A DNA stretch of 63,867 nucleotides, counting the filler, from Dugesia japonica (lineage: Eukaryota), in the NCBI GenBank assembly GCA_001938525.1. It is 5 parts of 5 records of this genome, joined end to end, with 100 filler letters (N's around TTAATTAATTAA, not from the genome) between each part and the next. Parts side by side here need not be neighbours in the genome. Positions count along the whole stretch, not along the records: positions 1 to 13,305 come from MQRL01640624.1; positions 13,406 to 31,723 come from MQRL01555447.1; 3 more parts are not named here. One strand, written 5' to 3'. Position 1 is the stretch's first letter; every line of letters begins with the position of its first letter. This document shows, piece by piece, positions 12,101-26,010 of this stretch. The notes below the pieces were generated by a model. It saw only the letters and a list, made by a program, of their open reading frames with translations, had not been told where the DNA came from and made no database searches. The position numbers and the translations under genes were made by a program.

Positions 12101-13262
12101 TTAATTATTTGACCAGTCTAGATATAAAATTAGAATATAGAATAGGATCGCTTCATACAAATGCAGATAAACAAGGAATGAATCCGATACATGTGCACAA
12201 TGTCTAATTTCCCCTGAAGATCCCAAAAGTGGAAAATTAAAAACAAGGATGTTAAATTCAGTAGATATTCAAGGAAAACAAGGCCATTTTGGAGAAAATA
12301 ATGAAGGAACATGGATACCTGATGATAAAGTAGAAGAAGTTATAATGAGGATACTCCATCTTTTATGTCATACTGGAACAGAAAAGGTGGCAGCGTATAT
12401 GAAGCATGAAAATAACGGGGAACATTTGTTGAGCAAAGTACAAGAGGTTGTCCGAAGTTGTATAACATGCCAAAAAGCTAAAGTGTTGACAACAAAAACG
12501 AAGGAAGAAATGAAAAAGACGCAGCCAGCCGAAATGTTTGAAATGTTATTTATAGATGTGTGTGGACAACTGCCGGAGACAAAAGGTCGGAAAAATATGT
12601 TCTCGGTATAATAGATAATTGCAGTAAGTATGTAGCATTGATAGCAATGACAAGACAAGATGAAGATACCGTACGGAAAGCAATAATGGAGAAGTGGATA
12701 TTAAAGTTCAGGTGTCCGAGAGAAATTCAAGTTGATTGTGGAAGAGCATTTGAGTCTAAATCAATGAAAGATTTTGGAGCTGAACATCAAATTACCTTCA
12801 GGATTTTGAGTCCATATCATCATAATGCAAATGGACAAATCGAGAGACAATTTAGAACTATGCGGGATATGAGAAATGCAACATTTAAAGAAAGATACAT
12901 GTAGATTTTGGGAAGATCTTCGAATCGAAAGCCTTCAAAGAGATGGCAGATTCAATGAATATAACATATTGCTCTTCAAGTCCATATCACCATAATACAA
13001 ACGGAATAGTAGAACGTCAATTCAGAACGATCAGAGATTACATCAATGCAACATTAAAAGATAAAAAGAATGAAAATTGGGCAGAATTAATACCAGAAAT
13101 ATAATATAAACTAAATGTAACAAGCCAGAAGACTTTGGGGATAAGTCCGGCAGAGTTGATATTTGGTAAGAAGATACATAGAGAAAAATGGTTCAATAAT
13201 AGAGAAAAGAAGGAAGAATCTGAAGAGTTGACACCACCAAAAGACATTTTCAAGTTGGAGAC
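9168..13262 (+). mobile_element. Degenerate Ty3/gypsy gag-pol (gag with Zn knuckles, protease, RT, RNase H, integrase)
   Basis: KCFECDKIGH knuckle at ~9915; LLDTGA protease at ~10450; RT motifs LDFRQLN and IDFGNAYYQV; RNase H FILDTEAS...TRKELLAI; integrase SPYHHNANGQIER; many stops and frameshifts. Confidence 0.95.
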
Positions 13263-13305
13263 AGTAGATAGATAGTAGCGGAGAACCTCTGCACACATTC
13301 AGTAA

Positions 13306-13405
13306 NNNNNNNNNNNNNNNNNNNNNNNNNNNNNNNNNNNNNNNNNNNNTTAATTAATTAANNNNNNNNNNNNNNNNNNNNNNNNNNNNNNNNNNNNNNN
13401 NNNNN
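13306..13405. other. Artificial scaffold spacer (44N-TTAATTAATTAA-44N)
   Basis: Exactly 100 bp with six-frame stop linker at 13350-13361. Confidence 0.95.
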
Positions 13406-15397
13406 ATTTTCCAATCTTAATTGTTTCATCAAATGTTCACGTATTTTATAGTATAATTTAATAAAAGTAATACAGAAGAGGGAATCAATAATCATGAAAA
13501 CATTATTATTATTATCAACAGAAATCCTATTTTACGATTATTTATTGTTTACTAAAATTTTAGTTTATGTTATTATTAGTCTATATGAAATATTAAAGAT
13601 GGCGCCAAGAATGAAATTAAATCCCNNNNNNNNNNNNNNNNNNNNNNNNNNNNNNNNNNNNNNNNNNNNNNNNNNACGTATTTTATAGTATAATTTAATA
13701 AAAGTAATACAGAAGAAGGAATCAATAATCATGAAAACATTATTATTATTATCAACAGAAATCCTATTTTAAGATTATTTATTGTTTCCTAAAATTTTAG
13801 TTTATGTTATTATTAGTCTATGAAATATTAAAGATGGCGCCAAGAATGAAATTAAATCCAAGTGAATAAAGAGCTAGTTAACCCAATTTCTATGAAAAAC
13901 CCTTGCAATATTTATGAAACATGGTTAGTAATTATATTAACACAAAAAACGATTGGAAATAACTATTCTTTACAGATAATCTTGAAATTCTGGACTTTTG
14001 AAAATTCCACCATTACCTTCTGAATGACCTAATATTTGTTAACTGTAAAATATATTTTCCCCGTAATGTGTCATTAATTTTTCATTAGCAACTTTTATAT
14101 AATTAATTGTATTTGAATTTTAACTAGTTAAAACATTTTTAGAATGTTTAAAAGATTAATTAACACATTCCAACACCGAATTACAACAGCTGATTCACCG
14201 GTAGTACACACCCCTATTTAATTATTAAGCTGTATAATGTCGATGTTACCATATAGCGACATAATGGATGCACTAAACAGCAATAGTGTCATATAGAGCG
14301 GAAATATAAAAATAATTCACTGGGTTAACAAAATTTTAATTCTTACAAGTGAACAGTCTAAGAAATGTATTTCTAAGTTTTTATTCAGTAATCCTTTAAC
14401 TTTGATGGAATTAAATAAATATTTTTTCTGAATTTAAATTATTTTTATACTGGTAATTCATTATTATAATCAATTCAGTGAAATAACACAATACTGCACA
14501 ATTACATTTTCTAATTTCTTAAAAAAATTAATTAAAAATTAACTTTTGAAAGAACCTAAGCCTTCATTTAAAAAAAATCAAAACTAAGTTAAACAATGTG
14601 ATAACATAATATTAAAAAAAATAAAATCTTCAATGATGTGAAAATTCATGTGATGTGATATTCATTCAAAAAAAGAAATATGGTGAAATAAAATTAATAA
14701 CAAAATTGATAACATAAAATCCCATCCAGATATTTTCATTATTGAAATTGACATCCGGATATATGACATAGTTACTTGTAATAAGTACAAATATCAATTA
14801 ATGTTTGAAGAAGTTTTCTAAACAGAATTTACCAATTATCCAAATGACATATTAAAAGATCTCTTATCGAAATTATGATAAAAGTTTTAAATTTTTTTAG
14901 AGAAAAATAATAGTAAATTACTGATGAAGAATTCCAGAAATAAATTTATGAATTTATAAAAAGCTATTGAAAATATGAACTTATTTTTGGCATGAGAAAA
15001 AATAATGCTGATTTTATAAAGTTGCTGCAACAAAAATATTCAAAATATAAAATATTTACATCAAACTTTTATATAAGAATTTGAAAAATAGAAGCATAAT
15101 GTTCATAACTTAGTGTTAATAATTCTTAGACAGATAATATTGGTTAAGCCCCAATTTAGTAATCACTATGGCAAGTATATTTCTGTTTACTTTTCAAGTG
15201 TAATGATTTAAAACAAATAGTAGTTGGAATAAGTAACTTACAATATAGGTACCACTCGTATAACTCAAATATTAGATTCTAAAAATATTGTGTCACGAAT
15301 TCGCGTTAAGAGAAGTTCAGATATCTTAAAAAATAGTTGATTACATTATGTTGATAACATTTAAAATTAAAGAAACTATTTCAACAACCATAACTGT

Positions 15398-15647
15398 ATT
15401 CATTTAAAATAAAAGCTACGATCAAAATTTTTGTTTTTGTTATTGATATTTGATAACAATTCGATATTTCGACTTTGACTTTTCTTCAATTCCTGAAAAA
15501 GACAAAGTCGAAATATCGAATTGTTATCAAATATCAATAAAAAAACAAAAACTTTGATCGCAGCTTTTATTTTAAATGAATTCTGTAAAACGATCAATTG
15601 TTATGTCCAATAATTATTCTGGTAATAATTGCAATTGTAAAATTATA
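15398..15647. mobile_element. Fold-back (head-to-head inverted) copy of the hammerhead-containing PLE terminal repeat
   Basis: ~85-bp arms inverted around ~15490; right arm CAATTC-CTGAAAA-A-GAC-AAA-GTC-GAAA-TATC-GAATTG; same family as 56692-56940. Confidence 0.8.
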
Positions 15648-17454
15648 ACTGTATTGAGAAAAAACTTTTAGTATTTATTCATGATTTACAAAATATCATT
15701 GTACGTATTTCTCAAATAGATTTATTATTTATAACTGTTGGTACGACAATTAACTCTCGATACTGTAAATTTAACACTATAAAAATATGTATGAGAAACT
15801 GTCAGTGTATTTCATTAAAATAGAAAATTCATTTGTACCACTGTGATTTTTTTTAAAAATAATAATCAAATATTCATTGCTTATTATTTATATTAGAAAA
15901 GTAAGAGTTACAAAAATAAACTATTCTATTAACTTGATGAGTTTCACTTGATTTAATTTTCAATTGAATTTGAACTTATTTTGGTATTCTGTAAATAGAA
16001 TTAATATTTCTCAGAAAATTAAACCAAAAAGAAATCCATTTAAAACTTTAAAAATTAAATATATTTAATAATCACTAAATATTTATATTATCAATGAAAA
16101 TTTTGTAAAAAAATAATTCTTTAAAAAAATATTTCTATAAATAAATTGTTCACTATTTTATTTTCATAAGACTTATAAATAAACAACAACGATCCATTTT
16201 TTATTCAAGTGAAATATTACAATGACTGAATNNNNNNNNNNNNNNNNNNNNNNNNNNNNNNNNNNNNNNNNNNNNNNNNNNNNNNNNNNNNNNNNNNNNN
16301 NNNNNNNNNNNNNNNNTTATTATTATTATTATTAGTTTACAATAACATTAAGGGTTCATTTTAATTACATAGTTCCTGTTTCATATTAGAAGACGTCACA
16401 ACAATAATAACTCAAGGAATTAAATTACTTGTCTCTCAAAAAGTCTTCGCAGTATTATTGGTGACCATTCATAAAAAAATGCGTGTAGTTATAATTGATA
16501 TACATCATAATGAAGCTACTAGTGTAAGGTATACAACGAATTTACTTGCAACAGTCTTCAAACGTCATATTTATTTTATATTAATTTTAAATATTTTTCT
16601 AAAATTATTTATAATCTCAAAATTTATTTATAAAATAAGTCTACTTAATTATTTAAATAAAACAACATTTATATTTTAATTCCCTAGTCGGCATTATATT
16701 ATATTTGCTCTTCGATTATTTTAGTAAGAGTTCAGAAAATATTTAAATTAAATTTTACTATTTTATTGAAAAATTTTTGGATTTAAATAATTATAATTTA
16801 AAAAAAATTAATGGAATATAAAAATACAAACTAATAATCATTACCACCAAAATAAACGTAAATATAAAAATTATAAATACAAGTGTAACTGTAAATTGTA
16901 AATCCGAGAGGTTGACCAACTGAATTACTGGCAGAAAAGTTCATTATGACGTAAAGATATAAGAAAAAATAAATATAATGAATATTGGACAATATTTACT
17001 TTATAATCAACAAAATATATGTTGATTTTGAATATGGAAATAGAATCCATAAAGATTTCAGATGAATATCAAAAAAATCTTTAACAGAACTAATAAAAAG
17101 ATTTCTGTAACAATAATAAATTAAAATAAATTAGAATGATGTCATCATGAAAAATCGATAATACCCTAAAACAATTTATTAAAATGAATACTTTTTCTCT
17201 TAACAGGTGTCACTTAGTTCCTAACACAAAGATTCTCTCATTTGGTAAATTAACCGAATACAAAATTGCTGAGTGAGGAAAATTAATCTAATATTTAATA
17301 TTTAAAAATGTTAAAATTTTATAATTCCATTGGTGATTTATTAGAAATCTTACAAAGAAATAATAAAGTGACATTTAAAATATAAATAAAGTAATAAAAA
17401 ATCTACCATCGTTTAAACAAAATTGAAAATTATTAAAATCTGACAACGTCTTAC

Positions 17455-17532
17455 CCAGCATCTTGAGCCTCATGCGCTCGAATAATTGAAAGAATATTAT
17501 TATTTTGAAGGAAATCACAGCACGCTGGATAG
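17455..17532 (-). CDS. PPP3C: Calcineurin A (PP2B catalytic subunit) internal exon
   Basis: 78-nt AG/GT-bounded exon encoding [26 protein letters not shown]; splices in frame after the 24506-24645 exon. Confidence 0.95.
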
Positions 17533-18942
17533 CTAAAAATTAATTAAAATAAGATTTAAATATTTAGCAACGAAAAGTATTTATTTTCTATTTGTTGCTT
17601 TTTTTATTAAAAAATGTTAAAGATAAAATATAAATCACGACTTGTTATTTAAATAAATTTTTGAAAAATGATAACAAATAACATATTAAATATTCATTCG
17701 AAATTTTTTTTTATATATTATTCATATTTTTTAATTTTGTTAATATTTATCTAGATGCATGGGTCGCCTTTTTGAATTTAAAGCCAATAGATAAATTTTT
17801 TGTTTTTCGAATTTATTTTCAAAAAAAAAATTTGAATTCTTTGGTATTTCTTTCAAAAGAAACATCGCGATATCCAGTTCTGTAAGAAACATGATTAAGT
17901 CATGATCTAAGAAAAGGGTTTTACGAAAAAATCCCAAATGAAATAAGGCATTTGGTCTTTTATCCATGTGAGATGTTTCGTGTGCGCATAAATCCAGCCT
18001 CCCTATGAAAGATTGTAAATAAATGATATATAGACTCACAAAATAGGAAATTAAGAAAACTGAACTAACAATAAAAAAATAGATAATTCAATAGTGGTAG
18101 GTTAAAAATTCAAAATGAAATTCAGTTCAGATCAATTTAAAATTGCAAAGACTTCTTAAAAATCATTCATTGCGCTTGAACAATTGGAAATTTAATTAAA
18201 ATACGATAACATTTCATACGAATGAATTAAGAATTCGGTAAAAAATTAGAACCCGAATAATATCCAAATATTGAGGTCTTTTAAAATTCTAAACGACCAA
18301 AGTCTATATCTGCAATATTTACAATTTCAATTAATTACAGAGAATATATTATTCATTTCTTTCTTAATATGAGAGGAAATATTAGTGTTCTTACTGTTAC
18401 ATTAATCAAATCCAAATAAACAGAAATAAATTATTCGCTTATATCTGAAAATAATTCTACCATTCAAACTTATGGATAAAATAAACTGACATCCTGAATA
18501 AAAGGTTAATGATTTTCATATGGTTATTTTTTGTTGCATATATAAACCAAGATACTCTTGACTACTATTGCCATTTAAATGAAGGAATTCCCGTTCATTG
18601 CAAAACAAANNNNNNNNNNNNNNNNNNNNNNNNNNNNNNNNNNNNNNNNNNNNNNNNNNNNNNNNNNNNNNNNNNNNNNNGAGAGAATGAGATTCAGTTG
18701 AACATCAATAACAGATTTATGTTGTCATAAAGATGTGAAAAACGTCCATTTTTGCGTTATTTGAACCTTGCGTGATAATGTAAAATTTGAGTAAAACACA
18801 CAATGTACTGTTTTTAAATTTTTATGATATCCTTCTAAGAAAATAAGATCTAACAAAATACAGTAATAAATAGAAAAAGATACGTCCACAAATACCCTAC
18901 TCACTCAGTATGTATATGTAACTTTTTCATGCAAAGAAAGCT

Positions 18943-19031
18943 TAATTAACATAGAAAAGGCTAGGAACAGGCTGTGTTTCCTCAATTCTTTGGAAGAAAC
19001 ATGAAGAACTGCTAATTAAAGAAGATTAACT
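18943..19031 (+). repeat. ~90-bp inverted duplicate of 20388-20476
   Basis: ATTAACATAGAAAAGGCTAGGAACAGGCT...GAAGATTAAC matches the reverse complement of 20388-20476 with few mismatches. Confidence 0.85.
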
Positions 19032-20129
19032 ACATAATTTTTCGAGTTCTCATAATAACTGTGTTGTTTAAGTTTAAATGAATAAAGCAAAAAATTAAAA
19101 AAACTAATATTCTAAAAATTTTAATTTATATACATGAATGATTTATTTAAAAAAATATACATACAAATGTGATTATTTGAAAAGTTTAAATGAATTATCT
19201 TCTCATTTATAGACGACAAAAAATAATTTGCAGGTTATGCTTTAAAAATATTATAATTCATAAATGACGTTTTACAAAACAAGGCAATATAAAACATAAA
19301 TTACTATAGCAATTATTCAAATTGGATACTGGCAAAAGAAAAGAAAATTTAAAAATAAATTTCTTAATACACTTTCGATTTAATCCCAATCTAAAGTTCA
19401 TTATAAGATATTTCAAATTAAATTAAGGAGACCTTAAGGGCACATATTAATTTATTAATTTACTATATTAATTAAAAAATTTTAAATAAAATAATTTTAT
19501 TTATTTTTCCCTTAAATAAGTAAAGAAATTAATTTTTAGTTCTTCATTCAAAATTTGAGAACAGATTCAAGTAAAAATAGAAAAAAATTGTTTAGATTTA
19601 TGATAAAATATATTACATTTAAGTTTTGAAATTTAATTAATGATAGCAATTCATAAATTTATTTATTATTAATGTAAAATAATGCATCGAACAGGTATGG
19701 TGAATATTTGGTACGGTGAACTATTTCACAATAAATAGAAAAAACCACTTTTTCTCGAAAATATATAATATTAGGTAATTCTAGTTTTTGCATTTTATTA
19801 GATCTTATGTTCTTAGAATGATACCATAAAAATTAAAGACAATCAATGAAATGTCACATTTGAAAAGGGAAAAATGATGTTTTTAAATGTTGAATACTTA
19901 TTTATTTATTCGAAACATGAGCCCTGTTTATCTAGGACCTTTGCCCAACGTTCACCTAAGGCATATATTGAATCTTCAAAGAATTTGTCATCATTGATAT
20001 GGAAAAAATTGCGAATGCTTCAATTTCCTCTTCTTTATTTAAAAATGGTTTATTACATATAAAAATATTGAAATTTTTAAATAAGTGATAATGAGTAGGA
20101 GAGATATCAGAAGAATATGGAGGATTTTA

Positions 20130-21313
20130 CAATTACAAATATTGTGAGATTAATTGTTGGAATTAACCATTGATCGCATTTTAAAGTATTAATAAATTAA
20201 AAAGCTTAGATCAAAAGGTTGTTTTTTTGTTGATAGTAATTTCAATTTTTGGCAGTTGTCTTCTTCAGGAATTAACTTATGGATTTAAATAAAAATTCAT
20301 GTACTAAAATGGAAAAATTTTGAAATTGATTTTATTTTATTGAATTGGTTACTTTATTTTAGTTATTTTATATTACATTTATTTTAGGTTAATCTTCTTT
20401 AATTAGCAGTTCTTCATGTTTCTTCCAAAGAATTGAGGAAATGTAGCCTGTTCCTAGCGTTTTCTATGTTAATTGATGTTGTCATAGTGAAATTATATGT
20501 TTNNNNNNNNNNNNNNNNNNNNNNNNNNNNNNNNNNNNNNNNNNNNNNNNNNNNNNNNNNNNNNNNNNNNNNNNNNNNNNNNNNNNNNNNNNNNNNNNNN
20601 NNNNNNNNNNNNNNNNNNNNNNNNNNNNNNNNNNNNNNNNNNNNNNNNNNNNNNNNNNNNNNNNNNNNNNNNNNNNNNNNTCCAAATGTTTTGAATATCA
20701 TTCTTGTATTGTGCTTGAGTTTAGATTCTTTTATTATATTCTGCACGATTTGACTACATTTTTCATTAATCAAGAGTAATTTAATTATTGTGCTTGTTTT
20801 TTGTTTGATTTTATTAAATTTTATATTTGAAGATAAATATTTAGATATAATTTTTAATAGATTTCCGTTATTTAGGAATTTATTTTTTATTAACTTGAGA
20901 GGAATCAATTTCATTTCTTCATTTGAAGATAGTCTATCAGCTCGAATTATCTCACTCTTAATTATAAAAAATTTCAGTCTGATGTTAGTATTACTACTGT
21001 AAGGTAATATGTATTCACTGTGAAATTGTTTCATATATAATTTGGTAGTTATTATTTCATTAGGTTTCTTTTGAATTAAAATATCCAGGAAAAGAATCTG
21101 AAAGTAAATTGACTTCTCAAAAGTGAATTTAAAGTTATCATTATGATTATTGCTTATTTCCAAACTGTTAGCTAAAAGAGAATTAGCAACAAAGAAAATA
21201 TCATCTATGTATCTAAACCATAGATGAATTTTCTTGTTTGGTTTAAGAATTATGTGATTTTTAAAAAATTTCATAAAAATTATCGCCAAAACGAGAGACC
21301 ATTTGCGAAACAA
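20130..21313 (-). mobile_element. Penelope-like element fragment (RT and thumb) with downstream degenerate hammerhead repeat
   Basis: WFRYIDDIF, FTFEKS, ILFLDILI and TKLYMK motifs; CTGAAGA-A-GAC repeat at ~20240-20273 plus the family flank TTGATCTAAGCTTTT on the same strand. Confidence 0.85.
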
Positions 21314-21429
21314 AATTAATCATTACTATTCCTATCATAACTTTGAATTCATTCGATAAACTCGTAACTATTCTTTAAATTCACCAGAATAAAACTTAAT
21401 AGTGATCTTAATATATCTAACATGGTTTT

Positions 21430-21930
21430 GCATAATTAAGTTAAAGAAGTGTCAGAAGCGTTGGCATTAGGTCTACTCAAATTTTCATGAGTCAACTTCC
21501 TGTTGCTGTTACAGTTTGACCTTGTTGCAAAAATGAATAATGAATAACTACTTTTGTAGACTACCATACAGTGACCATCAATTGTTTAGGACGCAATAAA
21601 AGTTTTGGGTAGAATTTGTCCTGTTCTCTTGCTGTTATCAAGGAGTATCCAATTCTCATCATACGTAATAAGCTGATGCAAAATGGTTTTTTTCATGCTG
21701 AGAAAACAACATGGAAAACACTGAAGGGCGTTAGTTTCACTGAATCTCATTAGATTGATGCGGAACCAACTAATCCATCTTTTTGACTTGTCCAATTTTC
21801 TTTCAAGAAGTGAAAGCTTTAAAAATGAATCAAGAGAGAGAGAGACTAAAATGCGTCATGATGAATTGAATGCTGTGGTTAAACTTTTGCATTTCGAAAC
21901 AACAACAGAAATTTCATCAATATTTGACTT
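21430..21930 (-). mobile_element. Degenerate mariner transposase fragment
   Basis: LVPHQ (WVPHEL-like) and LHQLITYDENWILLDNSKR (ITGDEKW-like) motifs across frameshifts. Confidence 0.75.
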
Positions 21931-22126
21931 AAGATGTATGGGTTGTCTTCTAAGGTGTTGTAAAATAGATGTGCATGTCACGTTTAACTACAGTTCTATG
22001 ACTAATGTAACAAGTTGACGTCATCAAAATATTCCAAAATTGATCCAGTAAATTATGTAATCACACACTTGGTTGACCTTTGAAATGATGTTACAAAATT
22101 TCTTCTATAAATGTCTGATATTTTCT

Positions 22127-22500
22127 TCAAATCAACAGAATTAATATTGCAAACAAGAACAATTTGATTCTAAATAACTTCGTCAAATTTACACCAATAA
22201 AATTTGGTTTCAGTTTTTTTACAACAATTACTTCTGCTCTGCAGGTCCTTCCATTCCAAGAAATGTTTACATTGAAAAACCCCAAAAGCTTCTCTCCTCC
22301 CAATACAAACACACCGCTCAGTAAGAGACTGCTTGAAAATAATTTAGTACCTTCGACTTTTCTCCATGTTTCTTCATTCACTACTGTTATTGATGCTTCA
22401 GAATCTGACAACATTCTGATATCCACATCATCCATCTTCATCAAACTCTATTACCTACTACATGCAGTCTCATACATCTCAATATTACAAACGAAATGTA
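22127..22500 (-). mobile_element. LTR-retrotransposon retropepsin fragment (family distinct from the gag-pol copies)
   Basis: IRMLSDSEASITVVNEETW...AEVIVVK...NFIGVNL resembles a degenerate D[ST]GA aspartic protease. Confidence 0.6.
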
Positions 22501-24505
22501 TACAATTCATCTTGTGAACAATTTATTTGGTTTATATCATCTAATTTTTCGTTAATACACATCACTGATTTTCTTGAAGACTTCGATGTTGTCTCAAGAA
22601 GTAGGCATCATCGATAAAAGAAAATCATGTTCAACACAAATCAAGCGTTTGTTCTTCAGTGGACAGTGCATTCTCACAGGGTATTCTTCACCACAACAGA
22701 AGCATTGACTAGATCGAAGAAACTCATTTTTAGGTTCTTAAAATCGTATACATTTATTGTATATTCGTGTTTCATAGAATACTTAGGCTATCTATTCTTC
22801 TTGAATCAGGATGGTATGAGTGTGGTTTCTCGTTCATTTTGTCTTCTAAAATCATCAGTGGTATGGTGATTATTATTTAGTCGTGTGATAATTGATGAGG
22901 GCTCAACAGTGGGTCCCTGGTTCATTCGATCATATACAGAATTCCTTTATGGTTTTTGTNNNNNNNNNNNNNNNNNNNNNNNNNNNNNNNNNNNNNNNNN
23001 NNNNNNNNNNNNNNNNNNNNNNNNNNNNNNNNNNNNNNNNNNNNNNNNTTAGCCAAACTGCAAATATCTTCTATTGACATATTTGGTTTCTTCCGGCAAA
23101 ACGTCGAATTTTAAAATAATTCAGTTCTTGACCTTTCTTTGGCAAGACTTCAACTAACAGTTTTTTCTGATTGCGAGTTATGACATTAATATTTTCGACG
23201 TAGTCACTAGTAAAATCATTCTTAATATTTACTTAACACATTTAGTAATCAAGCTAACCAAAATCTATTTNNNAAAAAAAACAAAACAGAATTACGTAAA
23301 ACTAGGTGTATCTTAAATTTATTTCTTTTTGATTAGATACTATAAATTATGATTTTCTGTATTTATATTTACTTGAACTAAAGTAAATCCCAGAAGACTA
23401 CCGTCAAAAATTTGTATTTCTAACAAAAGAAACATCTTTTTATTCTATGATTTTTAATTTATTGAAACTTGAAACAACCAAGCTAAATAGTTACAAGTAT
23501 TAGTATAAGATTTAAATTTAATNNNNNNNNNNNNNNNNNNNNNNNNNNNNNNNNNNNNNNNNNNNNNNNNNNNNNNNNNNNNNNNNNNNNNNNNNNNNNN
23601 NNNNNNNNNNNNNNNNNNNNNNNNNNNNNNNNNNNNNNNNNNNNNNNNNNNNNNNNNNNNNNNNNNNNNNNNNNATTTCAAATTAACAATATTCGCGTGA
23701 AAAAGTTATACGTTCCAATCAAATAATATTCTGACATAAAAAATTGAAAATAACATTAATCATAATTTTCCAGTTGTAACTACAATTTGAAACGTTTTAA
23801 AATAAGTTTATTAAAACAAATTTTGTTAAATAAAAAATGCCAATACTTTCAATAAATAATTATCATAATTTAAACATAAGTAAAGTATGAAAATACAAAA
23901 AATATCAAGTTAATAAATGACAATAAATATTCATTTATTTATTTCAATAGTTCATCTTAACCGATTGAACTTGTCGAAGTCATAAATATTGAGAAAATTG
24001 TTTGAATTTCTACAAATCTACTGTATAAAAATACAATAATTTTATTAATTCAATATATTTTATTACTAATTCTGAAGTAAATATAATAACCACCTTTCTA
24101 GTTCATAATTAACATTTTTGAAAAATTATGATACAAATGGGATTAGTAAAATAATAACAATATTTATTTCAAGTATAAATAGAAAAATATTCTTAATTCT
24201 TGATAAAAATTCCTTACCAAATATTTCTTGGAAAGTAATGAATTGATTTCAAATATTAAAGATTTGGTTGTGAATACTTTAAAAGTCAGATTACTTTTTG
24301 ATCTTTATATGGAATAAAATTTTATCAATAAAATTAGATATTTTAATGAATATTGATTAGAAAAATTAAACTAAAACTAGGAAAATATTTAATAACAAAT
24401 CTAATTTATTATTGATTGATTTTAAATTTAAAACTAATTTTAGAAAAATTGATAATTTATTTAGAATAGTTTAAAAAATTAAAAAAGTAAGTAGTTATTA
24501 TCAAC

Positions 24506-24645
24506 CTGAAAAAGTATGAGCAACCTCGAACACTATTATGACAAAAATGCTCTGATGTTTTTTCATTACCAAAATCTTCCAAAGGATCAGACCAAAGAAG
24601 ATCACACATTGGACCGTATGCCGGTGGTTCTTTGAATCTATCCAG
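24506..24645 (-). CDS. PPP3C: Calcineurin A (PP2B catalytic subunit) internal exon
   Basis: 140-nt AG/GT-bounded exon encoding [47 protein letters not shown]. Confidence 0.97.
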
Positions 24646-25384
24646 CTGAAATATTATAAAGATAAATAACTTTAATACGGTTTTTTTTTCGTTTTTTATT
24701 TCTAATTTAATCTGTATGATTATTATTATTATTCAATAATTTATAAAAAATAATGAAACAAATGTTATTTAATTGAAGAATACATAAATTAATACAAAAT
24801 CATTTTTTCGACAGCGAAAATAAATTATTAAACCATCACTAAATAAATCATATCTTATTTTTAAATCTGGATATATTGAAAAAACTGAAATTTTCTGGGT
24901 AAAATCTAAATATAAATGGATTTTGTATTTACGGAGCGCTGCATCTAGTCCNNNNNNNNNNNNNNNNNNNNNNNNNNNNNNNNNNNNNNNNNNNNNNNNN
25001 NNNNNNNNNNNNNNNNNNNNNNNNNNNNNNNNNNNNNNNNNNNNNNNNNNNNNNNNNNNNNNNNAAATTATCATGATCGATTTATTTAAGAGTTTTTAAT
25101 TACTGATAAAATCTCAGTTCAAATCAATAACAAATTCAGAAAATAAATTGCCTGCGAAAATTAACAGAAAATATTTCCAATAAATTGCATATTCTAAGTT
25201 CTTAGCCATTAAAAATTGATTTAAATCCAATATATTTGAATTGGGTTGAATTCAATTGAAAAATCTAGTAAAATTGAAAATTATAACCTTCACATTAAAA
25301 AATATACTTGTAAATTACATTAAATTATATTAAAATACTACTGTGCTAAAAATATAAGATGGATTTTTAAATAAAACAAACTAT

Positions 25385-26010
25385 TTATTTAATCATCCAA
25401 ATTTCTTTTGTTTTCTTCAAAGTAATCCCATTCATTGCAACACATATATGCAAATGTTGAATCAAATGTTCGAAATACTTCATATTCAATTTTTTGAATT
25501 TTCATTAGTACATCCTTCGANNNNNNNNNNNNNNNNNNNNNNNNNNNNNNNNNNNNNNNNNNNNNNNNNNNNNNNNNNNNNNNNNNNNNNNNNNNNNNNN
25601 NNNNNNNNNNNNNNNNNNNNNNNNNNNNNNNNNNNNNNNNNNNNNNNNNNNNNNNNNNNNNNNNNNNNNNNNNNNNNNNNNNNNNNNNNNNNNNNNNNNN
25701 NNNNNNNNNNNNNNNNNNNNNNNNNNNNNNNNNNNNNNNNNNNNNNNNNNNNNNNNNNNNNNNNNNNNNNNNNNNNNNNNNNNNNNNNNNNNNNNNNNNN
25801 ATTTTCCATTACTTTGTCATTACTTTGCTTTTAATTTCTTTGAAATTCCTTCAATTTTTATGTTGATTGGTTTTACGATTTTATCGATTTACGACCTTCT
25901 CTGATGAGTTTATTTCACTTGAATACAATTTTTCTCGATAGCGATTGATCACTGAATGCATTCTGCATCATTTTAAGCGTTGCCATGGTAAACATTTTAT
26001 TTTTCACTGT
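25385..26010 (-). mobile_element. Degenerate mariner element (HTH N-terminus and C-terminus, gap in between)
   Basis: TLKMMQNAFSDQSLSRKIVFK*NKLIREGRKSI (mariner HTH) and C-terminal ...DYFEE. Confidence 0.65.

Noticed and set aside
13439-13860. ~185-bp direct duplication
   Set aside because: The copies flank an N gap; likely unmerged contig overlap.
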